From Candidatus Latescibacterota bacterium (GTDB lineage Bacteria > Latescibacterota > UBA2968): a stretch of 64,000 nucleotides of DNA. The translations under genes and the position numbers were made by a program. Below the pieces are notes generated by a model. That model was not told the origin of the DNA. It ran no database searches and worked only from the letters and a program-made list of their open reading frames with translations. Each line of letters opens with the position of its first letter. The stretch's first letter is position 1. Positions 30,292-39,922 of this stretch are shown here, in pieces. The stretch lies in assembly GCA_965205975.1 (NCBI GenBank), contig OZ242195.1, positions 5,472,001 to 5,536,000 on the forward strand, in the 5' to 3' direction.

Positions 30292-31281
30292 CTACAGCGC
30301 GACCACCTGACCCGTGTCCGCGGCTTCGCGTGAACGCAGGCACAGGCGCGTGACTTTTATGGCTTCGTCGGGACCGATGATGTGGGGTGCTTTGCCCGTG
30401 CGTTCACCGTGGAGGTTGACGAGGAAATTCTCTTCGGGTGGCAGGGACAGGTCGCGTGGTGCTTCGTCCGAGCGAATCAGATGCGTGCGGTCGTCGATGA
30501 CTTCGATGACGCCTTCTGATCCGGCGATTCGGAGGCGGTCGTCGCCGTGGGTGGGTGCTGTTGAGGGACGCAAATAATCGAGGTTGATCATTGCCGTGCC
30601 GCCATTGCTCAGGCGGAAGAGCATGCCGCCGTGGTCTTCACAGCCGGGATAGTCGGGATGGGCGAGGTTGCCGTGAAGGGCGGCGACTTGTGTGTATTCA
30701 CGTCCGGTTGTCCAGCGCGTGTAATCGACGGCGTGGATTGCGACCCAGGGGATTGTGCCGCCGTAAGTTTCTCGCTTTTTGAAAAAGTCTGGGCGCGTGC
30801 CAAAGTGATAGGATTTTTGCGCGGTTGCCAGAATGGGTTCGCCGATGAGGCCGTTCTGAACTGCCTGGTGTGCAGCGCGGAATGCGGGGGATAGTCGCAG
30901 GCCAAACATGGCGGTGAGGCGAATTCCGCTGTTTTTGACCGCTGTTTCAAGGGCGTCGAGATCTTTCAGGGTGGTTGCAACGGGTTTTTCACTGACGATG
31001 TCGATTCCCCGGTTTGCCGCGGCTATTGAGGCTTCGGCGTTGAGGGAATACGGACGACAGATGCTGACGAGATCGATTTCTTCGGTGTCGAGCATGTGGC
31101 GATAGTCGTCATACAGGCGGGTGTGTGCGGTGAATGCGGTGTGCGCTTTGACTTTGGCGAGGGTGTCGTCGGGATGCCCTTTGGCACAGGCGATGAGTTG
31201 TGCGTCGGGGATGTGTGCGATGCCGTCGAGTACCATGTTCTGATGTCCATCGCTGCCGATTTGTGCGATTTTGAGTGGCAT
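30292..31281 (-). CDS. Gfo/Idh/MocA oxidoreductase
   Basis: SEKPVA and GGTIPWVAIHAVD motifs; start placed at MPLKIAQIG. Confidence 0.88.
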   Translation of the reverse strand: MPLKIAQIGSDGHQNMVLDGIAHIPDAQLIACAKGHPDDTLAKVKAHTAFTAHTRLYDDYRHMLDTEEIDLVSICRPYSLNAEASIAAANRGIDIVSEKPVATTLKDLDALETAVKNSGIRLTAMFGLRLSPAFRAAHQAVQNGLIGEPILATAQKSYHFGTRPDFFKKRETYGGTIPWVAIHAVDYTRWTTGREYTQVAALHGNLAHPDYPGCEDHGGMLFRLSNGGTAMINLDYLRPSTAPTHGDDRLRIAGSEGVIEVIDDRTHLIRSDEAPRDLSLPPEENFLVNLHGERTGKAPHIIGPDEAIKVTRLCLRSREAADTGQVVAL

Positions 31282-31397
31282 TTTATTCCCTTCTATCAGA
31301 TATTTAGATGAAAAGTGATTCAGGGGAAAATAAGTCACGAACAGGAAAAATGAACAGAGGAAAATGGATAGGGTCTATTCACTAAATGGAGGAATAA

Positions 31398-33316
31398 ATG
31401 CTTTCGCAAAAGTATTCGGAAGATGTGTTAAAAGATATTTTGATTTCGCGGGATGACTGGCGGCCTTTTCCCACGTCGTTGACGCGCTATGCCTGGGATG
31501 CGTTGCCAGAGCGCGTTCGGCAGGCGCAAATTGCGCGGGGGAAGAACGCCTGAATTTTGACTGGCCGGGCGTGCCTGCGGTGCGGTTTTTGGATTATGCG
31601 CGCAATGGGAATCGCTCGCGATACGAGAGCCTGAGTTTTGGGCGGCGCACGGCGCTGTCCGATCTGGTTGTGGCAGAGTGTGTAGAGGGTAAAGGCCGAT
31701 TTTTGGATGATATTACCAATGGTATCTGGTGTATTTGCGAGGAGTCTTTTTGGGGTGTGCCCGCGCATATTGGCGTGCAAAAGGCGGGTAGTGGTCTGCC
31801 GGATACGGCTGAGCCGATTGTCGATTTGTTTGCCGCAGAGACGTCGGAATTGCTGGCGTGGACGGTGTATTTGCTGGGCGCGCAACTCGACGCGGTTTCG
31901 CCTTTGATTGTGCCGCGTATTGCGCGTGAGATGCAATATCGCATTTTGACGCCTTTGTTGGAGCGCGAGGATTTTGGCTGGATGGGATATTCGGGTGCGC
32001 GCGTGAACAATTGGAATCCGTGGATTGTGTCGAATTGGTTGACTTCTACTTTGTTGATGGAGACCGATGAGGCGCGTCGGGTTGCTTCGGTGTTTAAGGC
32101 GATGCAGACGGTGGATCATTTTATCGATCCGTATCCGAAGGACGGGGGGTGTGACGAGGGACCGGGGTATTGGGGACGTGCGGGGGCATCGCTTTACGAT
32201 TGTTTGGAGTGGCTTTACAGTGCAACGGGTGGGGCGATTGATGTGTACGATGAGCCGCTCGTTCAGAATATTGGCAAGTTTATCTATCGGGTGCAGATTG
32301 CGGATCGATATTTTATCAATTTTGCCGATGCATCGCCTGTGGTGATGCCAGCTTTTGCGGTGGTCTATGGCTATGGCAAGCGCATTGGGGATGACGCGAT
32401 GGTGGCTCTCGGCGCGTGGGCTGTAAAACAACAGGGCGTTGCCGAGAAGGGTATTTCGGAGTCTTTTGGGAGCATGGGTCGGGCTTTACCCGCGCTGTTT
32501 TCACTGAATGAGATTCTCGATGCAGATGCTGCGCCGCCGTTGCCGCGCGATGTATTTTTGGATGAGATTGAGGTGTTTGTCGCACGCGATCAAGGGGGAT
32601 CGACAGATGGATTTTTTGTGGGGGCAAAGGGCGGGCACAATGCCGAGAGTCACAATCACAATGATATCGGGCATGTGGTGGTTTATCTGGATGGTAAGCC
32701 CGTGCTTGTGGATGCGGGTGTTGAGACTTATACGGCAAAGACGTTTAGTAGTGAGCGGTATGATATTTGGACGATGCAATCCCAATATCATACGTTGCCG
32801 ACGGTGAATGGACAGATGCAGATTCCCGGGCGGGTTTATTCCGAGGCGGGGATTGATTATCACTACGATATTGCGGCTCGGGATGTGTCATACACGGCGA
32901 GTGAGACAGATGCGACGTTTGCACTGGATCTGGCGCAAGCCTATCCGCCAGAGGCTCAGATTGATTCGTGGAAGAGGACGGTTGTTTTGCATCGCGGCGA
33001 GGGTGTGACGATTGCAGACCGATATGCGTTAAAAGCCGTGACGGGCGATGTTGTGATGAATGTGTTGACGGCGTGTGGTGCCGAAGATCGCGGCGATGGG
33101 ACAATTGCGTTGAAGGAGGTTGAATTGGCGGATGGTCGCGTGTCGGGTGCGGCGCGTTTGCACTGCGATGCGGATGTGTTCGATGTGGCGATTGAGGATA
33201 TTGCGATTGAAGATGCGCGATTGAAGACGGTTTGGGGCGATTTGTTGCGAAGAATCACGCTGACGGTTAAGAATCCCGAGCCGCAAGGCGGATGGACGAT
33301 TCGAGTGACGCGGTGA
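31398..33316 (+). pseudogene. Heparinase II/III-like lyase, frameshifted at a G5 tract (31537-31541)
   Basis: ATG at 31398 with a GGAGG RBS reads 51 codons to TGA at 31551. One extra G joins it in frame (...IARGEERLNFDWPGVPAVRF...) to the 581-aa ORF carrying NNWNPW, DGGCDEGPGYW and SHNHNDIG motifs. Confidence 0.8.
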
Positions 33317-33434
33317 GACGAATAGACGAATAGACGAATCAGCGGAATGGTACAACTGTGCCAGCAGTTCATCGACCTGTAGGAGAGGCATCCCTGCCTC
33401 GACTTTACAGCTTTATAATACATTTCAGAAGTCA

Positions 33435-33471
33435 AGAAGGAGCAAGGTCATAAAAGCTTGCTCCTTTTTTT
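33435..33471. terminator. Bidirectional terminator
   Basis: AAGAAGGAGCAAG-gtcataaaag-CTTGCTCCTTTTTT between convergent genes. Confidence 0.7.
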
Positions 33472-33473
33472 GC

Positions 33474-34568
33474 TTATTCGATTAAGGCTTCGGAGATGGC
33501 GTCGTGGAATTCGGGGCGGAGATGGGCAATTTGGTTGTTTTCGCGGGTGGGGTGTACGCGGTTGGTGAGGAGGATGACGCCGAGGTCTCGTATGGGGTCT
33601 CCCCATACGGATGTGCCGGTGAATCCGAGGATGCCAAAGGATTTGTCGCTAAAGTAACGGCCGCTCGAACTTGCGCCGGGTGAGACTGTGTCCCAGCCGA
33701 GTGCCCAGGTGCTGTTGGGCGCGAGGTTGGCGCAGGTGGTGAATTGTGGAATGCTCCGTTTGGGAAAGCTGCCTGCGCCGAGCCATGCGAGCAGGCATTT
33801 CGATAGGTCCTGCGCTGTGGAAAACAGACCGGCGTGGGGGGCGATACCACCCATTGCGGCGGTGTTCTCATCGTGGACTTCACCGTGGACGAGGTGGTCG
33901 CGCAAGTCGGAGCCGTTTTCAGTGGGCGCAATGCGGTGTTTGAGATGGGGCGGTGGACAGTACAATGTGTCGTTCATTTTGAGCGGTTCGAATATGTGCT
34001 GTTTGACGAGGTGATCCAGACGGTGGCCGCCGATGGTTTCGAGGACTTTACCCAGGGTGAGAAAGCCCAGGTCGCTGTACACGGTGTCTGCGCCGGGTTC
34101 ATAAGTTAAGGGGTGTTGGCACGCCGCGTTGAGCATGGCATCGCGGATGTCAATATCGTGCGTTTTGCGTTGGTTTTCGTATAGGTGAACATGTGCGGGC
34201 AGGCCGCTGCAATGGGCGAGTAGGTGCCGGACTGTGACGCGATTTTTGTTCTTGCCGGTGAAGGAGGGTACATAATATTGCACGGGTGCGTCGAGGTCCA
34301 GACGATCTCGATCGACAAATAACATGCAGAGCGTTGTGGTGGCGATGACTTTGGTGACGGAAGCGAGGTCGTAGAGGGTGTTGATTTGCACGGGTGTGGC
34401 GTTGGGTTGATAGGTATGGTGGCCCACAGCCCAGCAGGTGACGATGCCCGCACGGCGCAGGACGAGACCGACAGCACCGGGGGTGGTGCGGGTATGCACA
34501 TGGTGTTGTAATACTTGACGGGCGCGGTCGAGTTTTTGAGAATCAAAACCGAGTTGTTCGGGTGTCAT
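33474..34568 (-). CDS. Serine hydrolase, beta-lactamase/AmpC-like family
   Basis: SxxK (LASVTK), LLAHCSGL, YSDLGF, GEVHDEN and LLTNRVHP motifs. Confidence 0.9.
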   Translation of the reverse strand: MTPEQLGFDSQKLDRARQVLQHHVHTRTTPGAVGLVLRRAGIVTCWAVGHHTYQPNATPVQINTLYDLASVTKVIATTTLCMLFVDRDRLDLDAPVQYYVPSFTGKNKNRVTVRHLLAHCSGLPAHVHLYENQRKTHDIDIRDAMLNAACQHPLTYEPGADTVYSDLGFLTLGKVLETIGGHRLDHLVKQHIFEPLKMNDTLYCPPPHLKHRIAPTENGSDLRDHLVHGEVHDENTAAMGGIAPHAGLFSTAQDLSKCLLAWLGAGSFPKRSIPQFTTCANLAPNSTWALGWDTVSPGASSSGRYFSDKSFGILGFTGTSVWGDPIRDLGVILLTNRVHPTRENNQIAHLRPEFHDAISEALIE

Positions 34569-34602
34569 TGTGAAGTGTGAAGGATGAAGTGTGAAGGGTG
34601 AC

Positions 34603-34660
34603 GTAGGGACGAAAAATTTTTCGCCCGTCCATAATGTAGGGACGATCTCTCTTGGTCGCC
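34603..34660 (+). repeat. Two GTAG-type REP-like palindromes preceded by TGAAG heptamer repeats
   Basis: GTAGGGACGAAAAATTTTTCGCCC and GTAGGGACGATCTCTCTTGGTCGCC; TGAAGTG/TGAAGGA repeats at 34571-34598. Confidence 0.7.
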
Positions 34661-34775
34661 TACTCCTAATTTTTAATTCTTAATGCACCAGCCTCTTGCA
34701 CGTAGCATTTCTGTGTTCTATATTGGTAAAATAAAAGATAAAAGCAAAGGAAAATTGACGGGGAAAGGTCGTTTT

Positions 34776-35423
34776 ATGAGATATCGACATATCTTTGGAG
34801 TAGGCGCATTTATCGCTTTGTTTTTTGCGATGTGTATGCCCGCTGAGGGACAGGTGAATGTGGAACGGCTCGAGAGCATTGCGCGACATGTGGCGCGGGC
34901 GGTTTTAGCTGAGGGGGATTCTCTGACGGCAGAGCAGGTTGCATGGGTCGAGCGCATGACCGCGCAATTGGCGGAGGATGCAGCATTTCTCGACGAACAA
35001 AAACAGCGGTTGGAAGAGATGCGCATGGAAAGAGATGCGTCGATTCGGAATATCGCGAGTCAGATTGCCAAAGGGATCGGTGTTCTGATTGCTCTGCTGG
35101 TTTTGTGGGCGATTTTTCGTGTCTTTAGAAGGGGGTTGCGTGCCGAGTCGGGAGATGATCCTCTTGGGGTGTTGATTGCGATGCGCACAGAAGCGCGGGC
35201 GCAGAAACTCGGCGAGGTGCTTGTTGAAGAAAATTTGGCGACGGGGGGAACTGTTGCGCCGAGTATCCGTTCAATCTATCGCCGGGAGGATGGGGTGCGA
35301 GAAGCTGCGGAGGCGATGGTTTTTTTGAAGACGACGCGTGCACAATTAAGCAATTTGATGGACCGAGCAGAGGAATTGGGTGGGGGCAAGACGCCAGAAC
35401 TCGTTGTGATACGCGAGGTGTGA
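34776..35423 (+). CDS. Signal peptide, helical ectodomain, TM helix and C-terminal CutA-like domain (paralog 1)
   Basis: The C-terminus EARAQKLGEVLVEENLA..TVAPSIRSIY...VRE..E.MVFLKTT...TPELVVI aligns by eye with CutA. Confidence 0.78.
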   Translation: MRYRHIFGVGAFIALFFAMCMPAEGQVNVERLESIARHVARAVLAEGDSLTAEQVAWVERMTAQLAEDAAFLDEQKQRLEEMRMERDASIRNIASQIAKGIGVLIALLVLWAIFRVFRRGLRAESGDDPLGVLIAMRTEARAQKLGEVLVEENLATGGTVAPSIRSIYRREDGVREAAEAMVFLKTTRAQLSNLMDRAEELGGGKTPELVVIREV

Positions 35424-35427
35424 GAGT

Positions 35428-35454
35428 ATAGGGGCGGTGCCCCAGTGCCCGCCC
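35428..35454 (+). repeat. REP-like palindrome
   Basis: ATAGGGGCGGTGCCCCAGTGCCCGCCC; near-identical inverted copy at 43512-43538. Confidence 0.8.
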
Positions 35455-35473
35455 GTGAAAGGATACCCATAGT

Positions 35474-36151
35474 ATGTTAAGAGTATGGACCGTCATTCTG
35501 TTAGGGTTTTGTTTTGCTGTGTCCTCAGGCGCTGAGGAAGAGGATGCTTCGCGTATTGCGCGGGAGATGATTCGCTCTCTGTATGGCTCTGAGCGCGTGA
35601 AGCCGTTGCCACCCGTGGCGAATGCACAGGTGCGCGTTATTGCGAGAAGGTTGGTTGCGGAGTCAGACGAGCGTTTTCAGCACGCGTTTTTTCAGGCGGG
35701 GGATCGGGAGCAGGGCGCGTTTTTCAGCGGGCTAATGAAGCATATTGCTATCGGGGTGATGATTTGTCTGGTGTTTTTTGTGGTGCATACGGTTGTGCGA
35801 AAGCTCGATGCGGCGCGGCGTCTGGGGAAAACAGATCGCGATGTCGCAGTTCAAGGTGGGTTGCGAAATGCGCCTTGTATTCTGGCTCTTCCCATGCCAT
35901 CTGAGGCGGAGGCAAGTCGCGTTGGGCACGCGCTTGTTGCCGAGCGATTGGCCGCGCGTGTGGATGTTTTTTCGCAGTATTTTTTGTCGCCGGATCGGGA
36001 TGGAGGTACTGTGCTGTTTGTGATGACTGTAAAAGGCCGCTTGAGATCACTGAAAAAACGGTTGGGGAATGTGTCTATCTCATTTCCCGTGTCGCACGGT
36101 CACAGGTCCTATTTGACGTGGATTGCCGACGCGGCTGATGGGAGAGGGTGA
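35474..36151 (+). CDS. Signal peptide, helical ectodomain, TM helix and C-terminal CutA-like domain (paralog 2)
   Basis: PSEAEASRVGHALVAERLAARVDV and FPVSHGHRSYLTWI resemble the first helix and C-terminal helix of CutA. Confidence 0.72.
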   Translation: MLRVWTVILLGFCFAVSSGAEEEDASRIAREMIRSLYGSERVKPLPPVANAQVRVIARRLVAESDERFQHAFFQAGDREQGAFFSGLMKHIAIGVMICLVFFVVHTVVRKLDAARRLGKTDRDVAVQGGLRNAPCILALPMPSEAEASRVGHALVAERLAARVDVFSQYFLSPDRDGGTVLFVMTVKGRLRSLKKRLGNVSISFPVSHGHRSYLTWIADAADGRG

Positions 36152-36240
36152 AAGGCGAAAGGTATCCGCAGATGGACGCAGATGGACGCAGATGAGAGGA
36201 TGAAGATCGGGAGGTATTCAGGACATTTTGGGAGTTGATC

Positions 36241-36657
36241 ATGCGTGTATTCAGATATGTTCTCTTATTTTTTCTGGCAATAGTTATAATTATTCGATTT
36301 GAAACCTGGTTAGATACTTTTTTGCCTACCGAAATTAGCGACCTGTTCTCGATATTTCTTGTAGTTGCTGTTATTTCTATATTTTGGGGTCGAAAAAATA
36401 AATTTCAACGTTGGTTTGACGATTTATTGCATCGCGTCAATAAAACGCGCGGTCCTCTTTTCCGAAAATTGCGTGTTGTGACCACTGTCATAGGCCATAT
36501 TGTTATTCTGGGATATTTGGCTCCCTGGTATTTGCCTGTCTTATTTGGAAGTACGACGCCGGGAAATTATACGGGTAAGGCTGGGATATATAGGGCTTTA
36601 TGGCTGGGGTTTCGGACAATCTCAGGTGTTTGGGCTTGTATAAGTTTGAAAATTTGA
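36241..36657 (+). CDS. AT-rich hypothetical membrane protein, possibly truncated
   Basis: Several hydrophobic segments and a GGAG RBS; no recognised motif. Confidence 0.45.
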   Translation: MRVFRYVLLFFLAIVIIIRFETWLDTFLPTEISDLFSIFLVVAVISIFWGRKNKFQRWFDDLLHRVNKTRGPLFRKLRVVTTVIGHIVILGYLAPWYLPVLFGSTTPGNYTGKAGIYRALWLGFRTISGVWACISLKI

Positions 36658-36691
36658 TATTTTAAAAAAGAAAACGGTCTGGCACTCTTCT

Positions 36692-37117
36692 ATGCGAATT
36701 ATCTTGGATACCAATGTGCTTGTTTCTGCACTGCGATCAGACTTGGGGGCTTCATATAAGATTATATCTCAATTGCCTTCCGAGAATTTTCAGATCGCTC
36801 TGACGGTACCTTTGTATTTGGAGTATCAAGATGTTCTTACACGTCCAGAAAACATGACTGGTGCGAGTAACCGAAATGACATTCTCAACTTTCTTCGTTA
36901 TCTGTGCAGCATTGCACATCAACAAAAAGTGTTCTTTCTATGGCGTCCCAGGCTTGACGATCCAGAAGATGATATGGTGTTAGAAGCAGCTATAGCTTCT
37001 CAAAGTCTTTATATTGTCACTCACAATCTCCGTCATTTTTCTGACCGTGGTATTGAGGAACAATTCGGTATTACGCCTGTCAGCCCTCGGACCTTTCTAC
37101 ATCTTATTGAGGATTAA
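36692..37117 (+). CDS. PIN-domain toxin
   Basis: ILDTNVLVSAL, LEY.DVL, DPEDDMVLEAA and IVTHNLRHF motifs. Confidence 0.9.
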   Translation: MRIILDTNVLVSALRSDLGASYKIISQLPSENFQIALTVPLYLEYQDVLTRPENMTGASNRNDILNFLRYLCSIAHQQKVFFLWRPRLDDPEDDMVLEAAIASQSLYIVTHNLRHFSDRGIEEQFGITPVSPRTFLHLIED

Positions 37118-37122
37118 GAACG

Positions 37123-37359
37123 ATGGGTGCATTCACTATTCACTTGCCAAATTCACTGCATGACAAAATCGAAGAACTGGCCAAAGCAGAAGGTTTATCG
37201 GTCAATCAGTTTATGGTGACCGCTGCTGCTGAAAAGATAGCTGCATTACTTCCAGAGGACTATCTAACTCAAGAGGCGAAACAAGGCAAACGTGCGGATT
37301 TTGAAAAAGTCTTAAAGGCCGTTCCCCACATTGAACCAGAAGAACACGACCGGCTCTGA
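37123..37359 (+). CDS. RHH/HicB-like antitoxin
   Basis: TIHLPNSLH..IEELAK.EG.S.NQF...AAAEK and a C-terminal VP..EP...D.L motif; directly follows the PIN toxin. Confidence 0.85.
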   Translation: MGAFTIHLPNSLHDKIEELAKAEGLSVNQFMVTAAAEKIAALLPEDYLTQEAKQGKRADFEKVLKAVPHIEPEEHDRL

Positions 37360-37584
37360 ATATATGCCATCTTTCTGACTTGAACCATCCGTCCCTGTCT
37401 GGATCAGCATGGGCAAAATTCTTCTGTCGGAGCGGTGTACAACTTTAACAGAAGTTCACCATTATTTAGGATACCCCCCCCCACCTCCTGAGCCTCGTTG
37501 TTCTATCTATCCTCTCATCCTCACCCATCCTGTAATATCTCTGCTTGTCCTAAAACTTTTCAATGTTCATAAAGTGGGAAATCT

Positions 37585-38496
37585 ATGTACATTCCAGAAA
37601 CCTTATCGTCTAACCCAAAATGGGCTGAATGGATCGAACAGTTGCCAGATATCGTCGCTGCGTGTGCAAAGCGGTGGGATCTTCGCATTGAAGATCCTAT
37701 GACAGAAGATTATGCCGAGATGTCCTATAGCTATATCGCACCGGCGACGGATGCGAAGGGGACAGAGGTTGTTCTGAAAATTGGCTCGCCTCAGCAACTG
37801 GCGGAAATTTGGCAACAAGAGTGCCACGCGCTGCAACTTTGCAATGGTGATGGTACGGTTAAGTTGCTCGATTTTGACGAGGCGTTGGGCGTGCTGATGC
37901 TCGAGCGCATCCGTCCAGGTGTTCCTCTTGGTGTTTGCCCGGATGACGAGAAGAATACGCGCATTGCCGCTCGGCTGATGAAAAAGTTCTGGCGACCCGT
38001 TCCGAAAGTTCACAGTTTTCGACCGACGGCTTATGAGATAGATGGCTTTGATAAGTTGCGCAAAAAATACAATGGCGGCACCGGACCGTTGCCCGAAAAA
38101 TGGGTTGTGCGCGCCGAAACACTTTACGATGAGTTGATGAGTACCAGTACAGAAACGGTTGTTTTGCACGGCGATTTGCATCACTGGAATATCTTGAGTG
38201 CTGAGCGCGAACCCTATCTCGTTATTGATCCCAAAGGTTATTTTGGCGATCCGGGTTACGAGGTCGGTGCTTTTTTGGCGAATTATCCCGATGCTTCCTG
38301 TGATGGATGTGACCGGGGTGAAATTGATGTTCGCCGCGTGGAGATTATGGCGAAAGAATTGGATATTCCGTGCGAGCGAATTATCAAATGGGGTCTGGTT
38401 TTGGCTCTAATTTGGGCGAGATGGAGTGCGGATACGCCCGAAGAATTTTGGCGTACAAGTATTAATCGCGCCCAGACGTTGGATCAGTTGCTTTAG
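37585..38496 (+). CDS. Aminoglycoside/hydroxyurea phosphotransferase-like kinase (APH(6)-like)
   Basis: VVLKI, LHGDLHHWNIL and VIDPKG motifs. Confidence 0.85.
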   Translation: MYIPETLSSNPKWAEWIEQLPDIVAACAKRWDLRIEDPMTEDYAEMSYSYIAPATDAKGTEVVLKIGSPQQLAEIWQQECHALQLCNGDGTVKLLDFDEALGVLMLERIRPGVPLGVCPDDEKNTRIAARLMKKFWRPVPKVHSFRPTAYEIDGFDKLRKKYNGGTGPLPEKWVVRAETLYDELMSTSTETVVLHGDLHHWNILSAEREPYLVIDPKGYFGDPGYEVGAFLANYPDASCDGCDRGEIDVRRVEIMAKELDIPCERIIKWGLVLALIWARWSADTPEEFWRTSINRAQTLDQLL

Positions 38497-38533
38497 ATGA
38501 TGTATCATATCACACGAACCGTAAGGAGATTTT

Positions 38534-39922
38534 ATGTCTGACCGTCCAAATATTCTGGTGATTATGTCCGATGAGCACGACCCGGCAGTGATGGGGTGTT
38601 ATGGCGATTCTATTGTGCAAACGCCGCATATGGATCGACTATCAGAAGAGGGTATTGTGTTTGATGCGGCTTATACGACTTCACCGCTTTGCGCGCCTGC
38701 GCGTGCGAGTTTTACGGCGGTGCAATACGTGAGTCGCTGTGGGGTGTGGACCAATGATTGTCAGTTGCCTTCTGACGATTATCCTTCGCTGCCTCACGCG
38801 CTGAATGCGGTGGGTTATGAATGCTGGCTGGGTGGCAAGATGCATTTTGCGGGGGCGCATCGCTATGGTTTTCGCGATGTTTATCCCGGTGCGAATCAGG
38901 GGGACAGGAGTGGGAAGGGCGGGCGGCGCGCGTTCGATGATATGCGGGAATCAGCACGCGGTTGGGAAGGGCGGGTGGCGGCTTTTAAGACGAGTGATAC
39001 ATCGCCCATTTTGGAGAAGGACCGAAAGGTGACGGCGGAGTGCAGTGCGTTTTTGCAGAATCGGTCGGCGGATGATAAGCCGTTCTTTTTGCTGGCAGGT
39101 TATCTGGCGCCGCATTTTCCCTTGACTATTCCAGAAGCGTATTACGCGCCTTACAAAGACAAGGTGCCCATGCCCGAGATTCCCGAGGGGTTTTTGGAGA
39201 CGTTGCCGACCAATTACAAGCATTTGCGAGCCGGGTTTGGCGTGACAAAGGCGACGCCCGAGCAGACGAAGTTAGGGCGAGAGCTTTACTGGGGCTTTGT
39301 GAATTGGCTGGACGACGAGATCGGCAAGTTGCTCGCCGCGCTCAATGATTCCGAAGTGGCGGATAATACAATTGTGATTTACTGCACGGATCACGGCGAG
39401 AACAAGGGCGATCACGGGTTGTGGTGGAAGAACAATATGTATGAGCACGCTTCGCGGACGCCGCTGATCGTGTCCTTTCCAAAACGCTGGGCAGGTGGGC
39501 AGCGGCGGATGGGTGTGTGTTCGCTTGTGGATCTGGCGCAGACAATAGCGGAGATCGGCGGGGCGGAACGGTCAGATGACTGGGATGGCGAGTCGCTGCT
39601 CAATTATCTGGACGATGGGAATAGCGATTGGCGGGATATTGCGGTGAGCGAATACTACGCCCACAATATTGCGTCGGGCATGGCGATGATTCGGCAGGGG
39701 CCGTGGAAGTACGTGTATCACACGCGGTTTGACGAGGTACATGGACCCGAACGCGAGTTGTACAATTTGGAAGAGGATGCCGGGGAATTTAACAATCTGG
39801 CAAATGATCCCGCGCAGGCAGATCGCATCGCGCAATTGCACGATTTGTTGACGAGGGAGTTGAGACGCGATCCCGAAGAGGCCGAGGCGCAAAGCCGAGC
39901 GGATTTGGCGAAGGGGTATTGA
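38534..39922 (+). CDS. Sulfatase (choline-sulfatase-like)
   Basis: RPNILVIMSDEH, SPLCAPAR, GKMHF and DHGE..G.HGLWWK motifs. Confidence 0.9.
   Translation: MSDRPNILVIMSDEHDPAVMGCYGDSIVQTPHMDRLSEEGIVFDAAYTTSPLCAPARASFTAVQYVSRCGVWTNDCQLPSDDYPSLPHALNAVGYECWLGGKMHFAGAHRYGFRDVYPGANQGDRSGKGGRRAFDDMRESARGWEGRVAAFKTSDTSPILEKDRKVTAECSAFLQNRSADDKPFFLLAGYLAPHFPLTIPEAYYAPYKDKVPMPEIPEGFLETLPTNYKHLRAGFGVTKATPEQTKLGRELYWGFVNWLDDEIGKLLAALNDSEVADNTIVIYCTDHGENKGDHGLWWKNNMYEHASRTPLIVSFPKRWAGGQRRMGVCSLVDLAQTIAEIGGAERSDDWDGESLLNYLDDGNSDWRDIAVSEYYAHNIASGMAMIRQGPWKYVYHTRFDEVHGPERELYNLEEDAGEFNNLANDPAQADRIAQLHDLLTRELRRDPEEAEAQSRADLAKGY

Noticed and set aside
31551..31553. TGA read-through or selenocysteine in the heparinase-like gene
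   Set aside because: The downstream ORF is in a different frame, so a frameshift rather than recoding is required.
31487..32431. 314-aa minus-strand ORF
   Set aside because: It is the antisense shadow of the heparinase-like gene.
33474..34568. True beta-lactamase resistance gene
   Set aside because: There is no signal peptide, and the GEVHDEN-type motif fits the broad esterase/amidase subgroup.
37409..37702. 97-aa ORF and C-tract upstream of the kinase
   Set aside because: It overlaps the APH-like gene out of frame, is low complexity, and has no motif or clear RBS.
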